Origin: Tubiluchus corallicola
Taxonomy: Eukaryota; Animalia; Priapulida
Direction of reading: 5' to 3'
DNA length: 64,000 bases
NCBI GenBank assembly: GCA_030141605.1
Contig: JAQGDQ010000241.1
Span: 1 to 64,000, forward strand
This document shows positions 24,054-38,134 of the stretch, one piece after another. Made by a program: the position numbers and the translations under genes. The notes beneath the pieces are model-generated. The model had not been told where the DNA came from. It did no database searches and worked only from the letters and a program-made list of their open reading frames with translations. Within the stretch, counting starts at the first letter, position 1, and every line of letters begins with the position of its first letter.

Positions 24054-25873
24054 CTGACTCTCTTGGCGCATACTCCATTGTCGTCCGAGACAGGATGCCA
24101 ACCGATGGGGAGAGTGTATATGTCATTTCAGTCATATCTGTCTGCTTTCTATCAAACTTCGGAAGCTATGACTAATGTGAAATCAAGGTCAAACGCTCTA
24201 TACAGAAACCATGCTTATATTTACAAATATTTGTAAACGATTAATACGATTAATGTTTTTCGATATGGTAAAACCAAGACTTTCTTTGCGCGCATGGATA
24301 TGGAAAACGTTCAACGTCAGTTTCGTTAAAATTTAATGCACACTACTCGCGGACAACGCTTATCCGTCAATAATGTCTTCTAGTTTAATGGTGCTTTTAA
24401 CGTACAAAAGCATGGCAAACAAAGCCTTTTTTATAACAAACATTCAATTCAATTAGGCATTAGTATTTTAGCTTTTCATATTTCAGGATATAAAGAACGA
24501 ATTTTATAGAATTATGTTTTTAAAGTAAAACGAAAAGTAGAAGCCAGGTAATGATTTAAGATTTATTTGTCTATTGTCAAGCGATAGTTTTCTAGCTTCT
24601 GTCAAAGCTACCTTGAACTACTTCTGTGAGTTTTGGTTCTTCATGTCTTTTCTGTGCCTGTGAATGTGAATAATCAAATTAAAAAGCGTTCAAGACTTAG
24701 TAATTATTTCTTGAAGAACTAACTGATGTTGAGGTAACCATTACTTTTACCTCAACATTTACTCTGAAAGAAAGCTATATGGGACAAAATATGTATTGCA
24801 TTATTTCAGAGCTGTGGCCCATTATAACTTGACCCACAGATACCATGATCCACTTGACCAGCATCTATGACCCGCCAGCACTAAATTAAAATGGCGTTGC
24901 AGTTCTGTTATGATTCTTTAAGTTTCACTTAAAATGTTACCTTGAAAATTCTTTTTATTTTTTAGAAAATATAGTTGTCTAACTTTTACCTGCGTCACTT
25001 CGGTTTGGTTATATACACAAACCCACATAGGTCACCAAAAACAGTGAGGATGATCATCCACGACCCAGGACCTGCAGACCCATTTCCAGCTCTATGTTAT
25101 ATTCTAGTATAATAATTCACGAGTCGTTTGTACATCATCGAAACCAGCGGACATGTCTCCTAAACTCTGCTGATCGCAATGAACATAACTATAGTAATTT
25201 GTGAAAAGCGGCGGAAACAGTTGTATCATGAGCAGTTACGAGACTGTACATCGGATGTTGGCAGAAAGAAAGCAGAACGGTAGTAATTAACTGTAGTAGT
25301 GTATGGAGTAAGACCAGTGCTGGTACTTTAAATTCCTCCGAGTAGCTTATAATTTATGGAATACGAAAGCTTTTTAAATTAAGATGTAATTATAGCGCAT
25401 CTGGTGTGTGCACGAATCTCCTACTATCACAGATTGTTCATTGGCGTAGAAAATCTCTATATTAGGAAATAGACTGCTGTTCTAGTGAATTTGTAATTAT
25501 TTTTATTATGTTAGTTTTATTTGTAATTATGTAAAAATTTGTATATGGGACATTTCTGCCTGAAATAAAAAGTATAATAATAAGAAAATCCAAGCCTCTC
25601 AGGAAAAGATATAAACAATACAGCTTTTTCTGGAGAATCTGAAGCTCACAGTTTTTATAATAATGAATAGCTGTATTTTAAGTAAAATGAGCTAAATTAC
25701 GGAAAGTCAGTAAAGGACTAAACTGTCTTACTAGGAGGTTTTTACAACGAGAGTAAATGAACCGAGAAGGTCTAGAGAAAGACAATTCTCACTTATGTCG
25801 CGGCTTGCTAAGAGAGAAACAGTTATCAGGCACAATTAAATTTCTCTTACTTATTGGCTTTACCCTACCACCA

Positions 25874-26010
25874 GGTGGCGTAGCTCAATAGTAACGCGCT
25901 CGCTTTCCTTAACTGGGAGGTCGCGGGTTCAACTCTTGACGAGTTATACCAAAGAGTTTAAAAAACAGTACCGCTGGTTTTTCGACCAAGCACGCAAGTA
26001 TCGTGCAGTT
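25874..26010 (+). mobile_element. tRNA-derived SINE remnant
   Basis: A-box-like TAGCTCAATAG and B-box-like GGTTCAACTC at tRNA spacing; no acceptor-stem pairing; followed by a non-tRNA body (ataccaaaga...aagcacgca). Confidence 0.65.
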
Positions 26011-26093
26011 AATAATAATCGGGACCACATTGGAAATAAGTACTGCGTTACTTAAGATGTTATCCCTGAACAATGTCCTAAACGAAATTATTA

Positions 26094-26480
26094 TTACAGA
26101 ACAAGTAAAGTGCATATACACATTGAGGACAACGAGTTATACCTTAAAAGCAACTTTTCGATGATGGATTTCCTGTTAATATTTGAAGGCTTACTAATTT
26201 CCCAAAGTCTTCTGAAAATGCTCTTGCTGCAATCTTGCGTTTTTAACACTCCGTTGGACTTGGTGACGTCCGTGGAAGTGGATTTTGCTTTTGCTTTTGT
26301 AAACTTAGTTTGGGGCCCTTCTTTCCTGGACTTAGACATATGTTTCCTTTTGGTATAAGATCTTTCTTTTTTATACGCATTTCCCGATGTGGCTTTTCCT
26401 GTTCGAGACACTTTTGATAGTTTTGACACAGTTCCCTTTTTTGATATGGTTTTTGATTTTGATCTTTCTTTAGCAGACAT
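26094..26480 (-). CDS. Possible small Lys/Ser/Thr-rich basic protein (128 aa) or pseudogene
   Basis: Non-repetitive 387-nt ORF, strongly basic; an upstream in-frame ATG-TCA-TAA lies at ~26534. No recognisable domain. Confidence 0.3.
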   Translation of the reverse strand: MSAKERSKSKTISKKGTVSKLSKVSRTGKATSGNAYKKERSYTKRKHMSKSRKEGPQTKFTKAKAKSTSTDVTKSNGVLKTQDCSKSIFRRLWEISKPSNINRKSIIEKLLLRYNSLSSMCICTLLVL

Positions 26481-28511
26481 ACTTAGACTTAAGTACTTTT
26501 TCAGATGATCTTCTTTCGAGTCCTTTTATGACATTGCAAAATTAAAAAACAGTAACCGTATAAGCTGTAACAAGCTTAGATGTTGTTCAAAACACACGGT
26601 GCTAAATAATGCATTTCACAATAAGAAATTTCCCTGCAAATGTAGATGACTAATATGCGAACAGACCATAGGTTTTTATTCTTTTTCCGCATCAAAATGA
26701 CATTCTTGTAAAGAAAAAATACTGCATAAAGCTCAGTTCAGTTCATGAACACACAGTGTTACGTTGCTACGACTACTTTCAAAGGCGCGTCATGGGTTCT
26801 GATGCTGCATGTGACATTTTCTTCACTAAAACAGTGCGTGGTGTGACAGGTTGCTTGAGGCAGTCTTAGTGCAATCCAACGCAATCTTTTTATTTATATT
26901 TGCTTACTCCAAGGGTTCCTCTTCACTACATCATATAGATCATCATTGGATATTCTATCAGGCCATTTAATGTCTAATAGTTTGCTATAGAGTCGTCTTT
27001 GAAAAGCGTAAATTTTCTTCTGCTGTTTGACTTTTATTGTCCGTAGTTCAACATTGTATAAAAATACAGGTTCAGCTAAAGTCTTCTGTTCCTACAGTAT
27101 TACGCAAACCTCTTGAAGTGACAAAAAGGCCGAGAGGGGGTCAACTATTGACGTATATAGATATACACTGCAAAAGGATTTAGTTAATACAACTCTAGAT
27201 TTAAGGGATGATGCATCGTGTGCGGCGGCCGTGTACGGGAGTGCATGGCATCAACAGGTGGGATGTGCTATGTTTAAGAACGTAAGATAGACGACGGCTG
27301 CTATGGCGCATTATTGTTTTTTATAATAACAGTCTGTAAGTAAGTTGCTATAGTGATAACGAAAATGACAATAGTAGATGTCAGTCACGATTAGATTTAA
27401 TGTAGGTATTTTAGGTACTCGACTTTTCTTATGTATCCGTTATAATAATAATAACTCAGGCATAACACGACAGTGGCTATACCATGATAAGAAATTGCTA
27501 TAAAGTTCGCATTTCTGCATTGATACTTAAATTACAGACTAGTAAAGCACAAGTTGTTATCATTATTATCTTTTCTCCGGGTCAGCAACTCTCTCATCTT
27601 GTCCCACATCTTCTCCAGTCTGCACTAGTTAGCAAAAAGCGTGTAAAGACCAGCTAACATCACTGATAGTTATCAAAACACACATCAGCACATAATCCTC
27701 AAGTAAGATATTCCGATTTAAGTGCGTTTTTTCTGAGCGCTTTGGTTTGTGGCACTCGTATTGTTTGCGACAGATCAACGTTTTCACTTTTTTGGCGATC
27801 TCCTGAAGTTCACGAAAGAAATAATGTAAGTTTATTATTTTTAGTTAATTAATAATTGTGCGGTAACTTGTTAATTAAAGTTAGCTTTGGTGTAAGGAGA
27901 AATAAGAAATAATAAACTTTCTAAAAAAATTAACAACATTAACAAAATTAACAAAAAAAGGTCTAGCGGACTCCCATAAATAAGTAATAAGACTCGCTAC
28001 TGTTATAATTGTTTATAAATCATATTTCATAATAGACGTGTTTATTATTTTAACTAAAACTGCTGACTCTTGTATATTGCTTTAAATGGAAAAAGAAATT
28101 ATTCGATTGCTACGTTAGTGCGTTGATTTATTTGCAAATATTTATTTACTTTTAATACCTGCAAGGCAAATACCTACATATGTATCAGTGTTCATGAAAT
28201 GTTTCAAATGCAATTTTATTTACTTATTTGTACGTTTTTATAACAAAATAGACTTTATAATTTTGTTTTTTTACCACAAAAATTCCGCAGAAAGGCAACC
28301 AAATGTTATGGTCCAGACTTTAACGCACAAACTTAATTAAAACAAAATCTCCAATTTACAGATAGAACTTGATAATTATTAGGTTCGATAAAAATGTCAA
28401 ATAATTCGTCTTTTACCACAGGCGAAGAAAATGCAATAGAACTGCAATAATCTTCTGAAAAATTTGGTTTCTGCTGTTTCAGCCGTGCACCCATTACACG
28501 ATCACGGGACG

Positions 28512-31500
28512 ATGAAGCTAGACATTACGTTACTTATGGGCATGGTGTTGTTGATATTATTATTGGTAAGTTATTGATTGATTATTGCAGTGTATTGGAC
28601 TGAGTTGAGTTATGACCTTCCGATGTAAAAACAAAAATTGTATTTCCAAAAGTAACAATGTGTGAATAATTTCTGTGTAGTGTAAATCCATATCTAAGCC
28701 ATTCATAGACAACAGTTAAATTGAGAAATTGTAAGTCTTTGTAAGCGAATGTAAAGATTTTTAAGTCATTGTCCTTACACACTTTTTCTGTTTCCTGTAC
28801 AAGCAGCGGCATAGAGACAAACACGATTTACTGTGTAAATCGCCTGAAAAATCAGTAGAACTAAAGGAAATCGCTTTCTCCTTTACAAACTGTCGAAATG
28901 ACTAACGTTTGCAAGATCTGAACAACGTTGCAGCATTGCAGTCCGAACCTGTTACCACTAAGCCATTGGTTTCATTACGATTCTTCCTTAAATTTTCATT
29001 ATTATATCGACAGTTTCTTCCACAGTCTATTTATAGAAGAAGAATAAGTTTTTCTTAAAGTCACTGCTAATTCCCTTAGGTTCGATGTTAAGTACTGAAA
29101 GCGTTTCGTTAGAGGGGAAAGCAATGTGGCGTCACCCAGTGAAGTTAGATAAAAGTTATACTGGTGATCCATTAACTGTTACGTAATGTTAATTTGAGGC
29201 GTAGTGCGCATGTGCGAAAAATAAGCGAGGAAAAAAGAAGGCGGTGGATTTAAACTATTGTGAATTAGTTATAATTAAATTTTGTGATAAACTTAATGAA
29301 CCAGCAATCTTGTTCTATGTGTGAACATCTGAAATCATCTCGCAGTTCTACCGCTGTATTCGATTCGCGGAAGTGCCTTACATTCACAGCCAATCAATTA
29401 ACTTGAATTTAAATTTATACTAAATTAACCTAGTGGGGGATGAACATTATAAGCTTAGGCGTCCAATTAACGATGAGCTCACTTAGTAACAGTTTACTGT
29501 ACTTCCCCCAACAACAAAAGTTTCTCTATAGAAAGGCTAACAGGCTGAACAAGGAACCGGGACATAATACCTATGCATATTCATACAAATGGAGGCGAGG
29601 GAGAAATAAAAGCCACGCTCCACAGGCAAGAGATTTAAGGAAGATAAACGGCTTACAATGTGGGTCATTTTAGCAGGGCACCATCACAGTTTAAGACTAT
29701 ATTATTACGTGAAAGTAGGAACATACCATGATTGTTATCGACAAGTAAACACGCAATGAGCTTTTATTGCCCGAGTTACGTATTTAGGTTTTTACTGCAT
29801 TTTCACAAAAACTTTTTGAAGAGAGGAGGGAGGGCAGGAAGTAAATATGTACCGAATACGCTCATATAATAAATGTAATTAGTCCATGGATTGGACACTA
29901 CATGAAAAGATATTAAAATAAGCCTCATTCAGATATTTATTTGTCTGGGCATGTGCTTATGTATGCGTCTGACAATAAAATTTTCATTTGGCTGCGATTA
30001 TTTAGTTTATTCGCTTCCTGTGATACCATCACAGCGTAGTTACCATTCTGCAGAACTGCTTGCATGGCAAGTTGGGATGTATAACGCTTTGATCCAGCGC
30101 CGGATGGTTTCGGAAAGTGTGAAATATGGGGGCAGCTTGTCGTCCCACAAAAATAAAAGTATTCGCCTGCGTTCTACATTATGTATACAGATTACGCACC
30201 TACCATCACCAAATCTATCGTACCTACAGAACGTGTATACGCCTTTCACATCTGCCATTGCTGAATACGTTCCTACAAAGCTCGTGTGATCCGCATACAT
30301 GTGAACGCGACATTAGAAATATATAATTGTTCGAAATGTCTGTGTCTCACATTGTTTTTGGTTATCAAAGTCAGGCATCTAGGAACGTTTCTGACAATAA
30401 AATTCATTTAATTAAGTTCTAAAATTATGTGCTTATATATGAGCAGTAGGAGGAGAGCAGTATGCTTGCTTAGAAAATTTAATTTAATCATATTTTACTT
30501 GATGCTCAACAGCGGTTATCTGGTTATATTCTACAAAATCACGCTCCAATTTCCAGTGATTCCTTGTTATTACAGTAACGACGTTCATGTGATTCTTGAC
30601 TGTTACTTTCGATTGTAGTGCAGTTATGGTTAAAATTGAGCTCTGTAAATAAAATAGATTGAACTGAATTGTGTATTCAAGCATTTATTCAGTCCGTGTG
30701 ACAACAGCAAGAGGGTCGCGGACTTCGTGGGTTGCTATACAATCTTACAAACGGGTCAGGGCAGACCCCGTGAATTGTCGCACTTGCCCCGTTTGTATTT
30801 GGAGATGATACGGGACATGTTCTGGATTTTCTTAATTAATCCATTTCTCACCTTTTCATAATAACATTTTCAATTTTTGTCCGCGTTTACATTATATGTA
30901 CATAATTTATTATGTGAACTTATTTTGCCTCTATCCATTAAAACAGACTACCACTGAGCCCACATACAATGAAAAGTGCTTTGTCAGAACTGTGCTGTAG
31001 CCAGTGAGAATCATCCGCCGATCAGTTATTCAATGTATATATAGTGCTAAAAGAAAGTTTCAGGACGGTTATTTGTTATTTTTGTATTTCAAAATAAATC
31101 CGGATACTGGCCCTATAGATCTTGTGGAAGATGGTCACTAAAGCGCAGTACCATAGTGGTCTTTTTAATTTTGTATCAGTTGACATTAAATTTGGACCTA
31201 AAATGTCTAGGATGGGCAATGTATTTTCAGTGTATTTTGTAAACACACAATTTTGCAAGATCGTCCAACACAAGTAAGTGTAATCCAGTATAGGAGACAT
31301 CGCAGAATAGAGAACACGTTAAATTTTAGTTTACAAGAGTTTTTGTATAAAAAAGTGATGGTATGTACATCGGCGGCAGAATCATCTGTGCATATATAAA
31401 TCAGTTTTACAAAACTATATTCTTCAAAAACCACTAACTATGTATAAAAATTGATTTTTTTCAAAAATTATTAACGTGAATGGTAATGAAAAAAAAATCA

Positions 31501-34278
31501 AAATATTAACACAGGCTTACAACCAAGTCACACTGCTTGTAACTGTTTGAAATGCGTGTGTACCCACAATGATTGATAAAATGATTATCTAGAGCACGAT
31601 AAAAAGTTTCCTATAAAAAGTGATGGTATGTACATCGGCGGCAGAATCATCTGTGCATATATAAATCGGTTTTATAAAACTATACTCTTAAAAACTACTT
31701 ACTGTGTATTAAAATTGATTTTTTTTTCAAGAATGACGCATTTCACATTATCCTAACTTGAAAAGTAGTGAAAAAAATCGAGATATTAATACAGGCTTAC
31801 AACCAACTCGGACTTTGCTTTATGAAACTGTTTGAAGTGCGTGGGTACCCACAATGATTGTTGAAATGATTATCTACAGCACAATAAAAAACTTCTTGTG
31901 CATGTTAGGATAAGAATTATTTGATAATCTTGATTTAATGCTCTATTATTATAATGCTGCTCTCATACAAATCTTCAGGCGGCAGGCACAGAAGGAAGAA
32001 AAGGCCATAGAAAAGGCTACGGTGGTTACGGAGGCTATGGTCATTTGGGAGGCTACGGAGGCTATGGACACAAGGGCTACTATGAAGACCATCGTAAGTA
32101 AACTAGAGTCACTGTATGTAAGCCAGACAAAGTTGGCTTGTTGACAAGCAATGTGATATAAATTCAGTCAAATGTAATGTGCTTGAAGTGTCTTGTGTTT
32201 CAAATAAGTTTCTGTCATTCCATATGAGCCAGACCCCAAAATATTGCGTATAGGTACTGCTACCACACGAGAGGACAAAATCTACAAAATTGTTTTTCTG
32301 AAAGCCATAATGAAACCACTAGATAGACTTTAACTACTCATAGCTTAATGGCAGTAATCACACTTTAAAGCGTGGTCCTTGGTCAAATACGACTAGCCGA
32401 ACCAAGGGTAGGAACAAATGTAATGTCAGTTTCTCCACAACAAATGGGTCTTTTCCAGTTTGTGAGCCTCAAAATGCTGGTCTATTGAGTTCTAGACTTT
32501 TCTGCAAGTCACTTGAAATTTGTTGTTGTAATTGGGTCACCAAATGTCAAAAGGTCGTTGAATTTGACTCAAACCCAAAATCTAGACACTAGTCAAGCAA
32601 AGTGGAGAAAAGATTGTTCGCTGAAGTAGGAAACATTGCACTATTAATTTTGGATATGGTGCCAATCGAAAATTATCCAACTTGACCTCCATTTACAAGA
32701 TGGCTGTCAGCATGGCTAACGCTAAGTTTATAAGGGCCATAGCTATTACAGCAGAAAACATTTTAGCGCCAAAGTGTAGGTTTTTCAGTTCAAGGGATCC
32801 ATATCTGATGCTTAAAAATCACTATGACACCCATCCCGGATTTCAAATTGGTAGCAAGATGGATACAAATATAGCTGCTCTTGAAATATATTGCACACAC
32901 ATTCTACTGCAAATCCTGTCCTGCCCTGTCCAGTCCTGTTCTGTTATGTTCTATTCCGTAAGCATCAGTTTTTTGAAACAACAACCAACACTTAGACTGA
33001 AGTGTTCTCTTTGACTACAATTGATTACGGATCATGGTCATAAAAAATCTTTCTTTTCCGCTTGAAGAACTACTGATGGAGCACATGATGTGCCATGAAC
33101 ACAATGAATCTATTAGCGATGATTAGAAACGTGTGTCAGAAAACACAGAGCCTCTTTATTAACTTGTTTTACTCTTGTTTATAGATCACTATCATCCTGG
33201 ATACCCATTATATGGTGTAGACGTTCATTATGGACCTTACTATCCTAAATATTATGGCTATGGCTATGGTGGTGGACACCACGGTGGTCATTATGGTGGA
33301 CATGGTGGAGGTTATGGAGGAGGCGGGTATGGTGGTGGAGGCCATGGTGGAGGTGGACGTTATGGAGGAGGCGGATATGGCGGTGGAGGCCATGGTGGAG
33401 GTGGATATGGAGGTGGAGGTCATGGAGGAGGCGGATATGGTGGTGGAGGCCATGGTGGAGGTGGATATGGTGGTGGAGGCCATAGAAGAGGTGGGTACGG
33501 TGGTGGGGGCCATGGGGGAGGCGGATATGGTGGCGGAGGCCAGGGAGGAGGCGGATATGGAGGTGGAGGCCATGGAGGAGGTGGTTATGGTAGTAGCAGA
33601 GGCCATGGAGGACGCAGCTATGGTGGCAGATCAAGAGAACATGGACGTCAAAATTCTGGATATGGAAATCAGAATTCAGGATATGGAGGTCAAAGCTCAG
33701 GATATGGAAATCAAAATTCAGGATATGGAGGTCAAAGTTCTGGATATGGAAATCAGAATTCAGGACATGGAGTTCAAAGTTCTGGATATGGAAATCAGAA
33801 TTCAGGATATGGAATTCAAAGTTCTGGATATGGAAATCAAAATTCAGGATATGGAGGTCAAAGTTCTGGATATGGTGGACATGGAATTCAAAGTTCTGGA
33901 TATGGAAATCAAAATTCAGGATATGGAGGTCAAAGTTCTGGATATGGTGGACAAAGTTCTGGTTCCAGAAGTCGAAATTCTGGATATGGAAATCAGAATT
34001 CTGGATATGGTGGTCAGTCATCTGGGCATGGCAGGCAAAGTTCTGGGTATGGAAATCAAAACTCTGGGTATGTCAGCCAGTCTTCTGGGTATGGCAGCGG
34101 GAGTTCGGGACACAGTTCAAGTTCGGGAAGTCTTAGTTCTGGATATGGAACTCAAAATTTGGGATCTGGAAGTCAAAGCTCCGGTTATGGAGCTTCCACC
34201 AACAAAGGAAGTACTGGTTATGGCTCCTCTAGTAGTTCTAGCTATAGCGATCAAAATCGTGGATATGGGAGACACTGA
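28512..34278 (+). CDS. Secreted Gly/Tyr/His/Ser-rich block protein, 3 coding exons, ~420 aa
   Basis: Exon 28512-28565 (MKLDITLLMGMVLLILLL, TTG|GTAAGT, phase 0), exon 31979-32093 (AAGTEG-RKGHRKGYGG..., C|GTAAGT) and exon 33185-34278 join into 1263 nt in frame. Confidence 0.87.
31346..31895 (+). repeat. Intronic tandem duplication, two ~270-bp units
   Basis: tataaaaa(a)gtgatggtatgtacatcggcggcagaatcatctgtgcatatataaatc begins at both 31346 and 31612, with similarity continuing through ...tacccacaatgattg...atgattatcta. Confidence 0.9.
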
Positions 34279-34991
34279 ACATCTCTATTAGACTTCGTCA
34301 TTTCACAACTTTAACGAAGATGAGAATTAGTGTAAAAAATTACGACCAAATTTAAATAAGTACCAGTACGTATTGACCACAGTAGATGAATATGTTGTGT
34401 AATAGTTTACAAACAATTTTGTTATAGTAACGGTAAGTCTATTATAGTTTTATGAGTCCACAATGCAATTCTTATTGAAAGTGTTTTTAATCAATTATTT
34501 CTTGATTAATTTTACATCCTTGATAATGAAAAGCATTAATAATTTTTTATGCTGAGATGTGTTGGGCTCACTTATTTATTTGTCACGTATGCATTATCGT
34601 TAATCAATATTGTTGTTCAAAGTGGAGTGTTTTGGACCCGTTTTTCGTTAATGTAATTACTTCATACCAAAATCAACAGGAGTTAAAAACTGGCTTAACT
34701 AGAACCATATTTCTCCTTGAAGGTACGGACAACATTTTAGAAAAAATGGCATACTGTAGCTTTCATATTTTTTTCGTTGTATTTTAGTATCATTATTACT
34801 CCTTGCTTGCACAGAACTTTCATGAGCTCTGTGAGTAAAATCATTACGGCAGTCTGTCAGACTCTACCACATTCATTCATGTCTTTGAAGCAGATGGCAC
34901 TTTTCGTATCTATGACTAAGCAACAAACGCGTTAGCGGCACGAAGCATTAACTACTATTTTAACGTGCAGGTAGCGCGCAGGCCCTCAAGT

Positions 34992-35732
34992 ATGGCGGCC
35001 TTCTGTAAAGCCGAATATAACAATGATGCTCCCGAAGAAGCAGCTGAAACAAATAGAAATACGCTAAGTTCTGCTGCAGCAAATAACAATACCAGATCTC
35101 TTCGTTTGAAAAAACCAAAAGAGTCTGGCATAATTTATTTGTCGTATATCCCACCTTATTTTACCGTACGTCGTGTTCGAGAAATATTCAGTAAGTTTGA
35201 TGCGATAGGTCGAATATTTCTTCAACCAGAAAGATTTAAACCTGATGGTAAAAAACGTGGCAAAGTTTTTACTGAAGGCTGGGTAGAGTTCTCAGACAAA
35301 AGGAAAGCAAAAAGAACTGCGAACTTGTTAAACAACATGCCGATTGGTGGTAAAAAGAGAAGCAAGTGGCATGATATGTTATGGAACATAAAGTACTTGC
35401 CTAAGTTTAAATGGGTGCATCTTAATGAACGATTAGCATATGAAAAGGCTGTTCATATGCAACGAATGAGAACTGAAATTTCACAGGCTAAGAGAGAAAC
35501 AAATTTCTTTGCGCAATCTGTTGAACAAAAGAAAAAATTGGAAAACATCAAAGAGACGGTGCAAGCAAAAGGTGGCAATTGGGAAGAAAAGGACTTCTCA
35601 GTACCGCAAAGGCCAACTGATGATGAGATACGAAAAACAAAACTACAAAAACGTGATAAAAGTAAAAGAAAACGAAAGAGTAAATCGGTCACTCTTAAAA
35701 CTGATCAACTGCTACAAAACATATTTGCATAG
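34992..35732 (+). CDS. ABT1: Activator of basal transcription 1 / pre-rRNA processing protein ESF2 (RRM), intronless, 246 aa
   Basis: Family motifs GIIYLSYIPP, GRIFLQPE, FTEGWVEF, LWNIKYLPKFKWVHLNERLAYE and RMRTEISQAKRE; ATG at 34992 in good context. Confidence 0.96.
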   Translation: MAAFCKAEYNNDAPEEAAETNRNTLSSAAANNNTRSLRLKKPKESGIIYLSYIPPYFTVRRVREIFSKFDAIGRIFLQPERFKPDGKKRGKVFTEGWVEFSDKRKAKRTANLLNNMPIGGKKRSKWHDMLWNIKYLPKFKWVHLNERLAYEKAVHMQRMRTEISQAKRETNFFAQSVEQKKKLENIKETVQAKGGNWEEKDFSVPQRPTDDEIRKTKLQKRDKSKRKRKSKSVTLKTDQLLQNIFA

Positions 35733-38134
35733 CTTTTGTGATTAATGTAAGTTATTATTCTTAGTAGTAAGATGTACTTTTGACTGTCAGCAATGTGTCA
35801 CTGAATGGCTTAAACAATGATTTCAATATCTTAACATTTTCCACACTTGGTTTGATTGCTCAAAGTCTAATAATTATGTAGTTTGCAATTGTTTCCATGT
35901 CTTATTATTTTTACATTAATCACAATGTCACTGTTATGTTTACACTAATCATACTTCACAGCTTCAGTATTTAAATTTTGCAATGTATGTAGTGAATAGC
36001 TACTTACAGTAACAGTTTTTAACAGCAAGCTTTGATGTTTATGTATTGTTCAATGCAACAGTCATTGTGCATTTATATTTATTTGAAATAAGAATGTACC
36101 AAAAAGTGTGTTGTGTTTTGAAAATGTGCTTGAGTAATTGAATACAGCTTACTGCTCAAATGAAACATTTCATTTCAAATCAATCATTTGTCTAATACAG
36201 AAAAACTTCTTAATACCGCTTACTTTGTGGCTGTGAAAGTTGGTATTAAGCCAGTTTGGCATTATAATGAGGTGCATTACTACATACATCTGTGCAAATA
36301 CATACAGATATTTCGTTTTAGGCGAAATTTATATGTTAAGCGAGGTTGACATTTATAACAAGGTCTGGCTGTATAATAGTAATGAGAAAATTATACAAAG
36401 GTCATTGAAATACATATATTAACATTGTAGTTCTCATCTTCAATCTACACTAGGTAAAACTACTCATAAGCAAGCTTTGATTATAATAAAATGACAAAAA
36501 TTATTAATCTTATTTTATAGATCTTCAAATATAAGCCGGAATGAATAAACCAAGTGGTTTAAAGTAACAATTAACTTACATATTTATACACCAATTAACC
36601 TAGTGTGGTATTTTCGCCTTGTTTAAAACCCACATTAAGGTTGCTTCTGCTAGGAACGGACATATTTTTTTATAAAAACTAACTATGCACCCCATCAATA
36701 GAGGGCATACAACGAGAAAATCACATCAATTGGCAGCCAATTAGATGCTCAATAAACATTAATCTACAAATGATTATTTTTAGTAGAACTCGAACAATTA
36801 TAATTAATTGTTAGTTGCAAAATAATTTGGAGAAGGTAGATGACAAAGTAAACTGTAAAGTAACCTATTTAGTAGCTAATTAAGAAGACACCAATGAAAA
36901 TAAGCAGCAGTTGTACAAAAACCTGATTTCACATGTAGTATAGTATTACTTGGAAACGCGGATATGTTGAGCTCTGCGTTTGTGTATGAAACAGGTGTTT
37001 TAGTCAAGAACTCAAACTTCCAAGTTGAAGAGACTAAATAACTTAAAATTGCCACAGTCACATAAACTAGTGACTGAATTGAGGTAAAGATGTACAAATA
37101 CTTATCTCACAAATTGAACAGCCCACTTTATTTTGAAATAGAATGAAGCAGCCTTAAATTAACACTTGATGTGTCATTTTCAGCACTCAATTTGAATTTT
37201 GCTCTGAATAGCAAAGTTGAAGTCATGAATCCATATTGAAATGTTTATTCACATCATCATTTTATTGTATCTGTCTTATGGCCAGAAAATAAACTGGTTA
37301 AACTTAATTTCTTTGTTTGCATTTTCTTTCCACATGTTCAGTGTAGTCAAATTTGGCACACGTGTGCTTGCAATAGTATTATTACATTTGCTAGATCCTT
37401 GCCTTAGAGGTGGGTTAGGTCCCACCACAACTATTTATGTAAGAAAATAGCTAGCTTGCAGAGCATAAATTTACTGATAAGCATAATATCATTTTTCTTC
37501 AATCAAACTAACTTAATTTGAAAAGTTGAGTCCTGATTAGTTCAAGTATGAAATGATTGTTGGTAAAACAGCTAGCAACTTAACCTCCACTTTAATTTGT
37601 GCTGAAATAGAGTTATCTATTACTGTCTTTGTAAATAACAATAAGACTCATTTACAAAATCACAATAGAATATTTATTTGGTATCTTCATCATCGATAAT
37701 ATGCACATACAATATACAGATTCTTTACTGTACACAAATGTACAAATTTATTGCACAGTGTACAGATTCTTTATTACAAAGTCTTTCTACAAGCAGTAAT
37801 TTGCAAAGTACAAATCCCAGTTACTCTTACTGACTGGCAATCCATTAATATGGAGTTTTAGAAATTCTTCTACTGTATAAAACTAGAGTGCACAAGTATA
37901 ATATCTACAACCAATTGCATTACAATTAATTAAGCCACATCATACAGAACCTACTAAAAATAGTGAGTATACATTTGATATGCTCTGTCACAACGTTGTT
38001 TGCAAATTTATATATTTTTGTGCATTTGTTGATGTAGCATGATAAGTAGTATATTCTAAGTTTCTTATTCATACTTTTCTTAAGTTTTAAGTTTGCATGA
38101 TTTTTTTAATTTTTGACTATTTATTGTTTGTTTG

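Noticed and set aside
25874-25945. tRNA gene
   Set aside because: A and B boxes are present but there is no acceptor stem or clean cloverleaf, and it continues into a SINE-like body.
33649-34092. CRISPR-like regular repeat array
   Set aside because: 21-nt in-frame coding repeats without unique spacers, in a eukaryotic exon; no cas genes.
33208-34291. Long overlapping ORFs 33230-34291 (+, MEV/QDME repeats), 33245-34021 (-) and 33208-33606 (-)
   Set aside because: Shadow frames of the GGN-rich repeat exon; only the Gly frame is in phase with the upstream signal-peptide exons.
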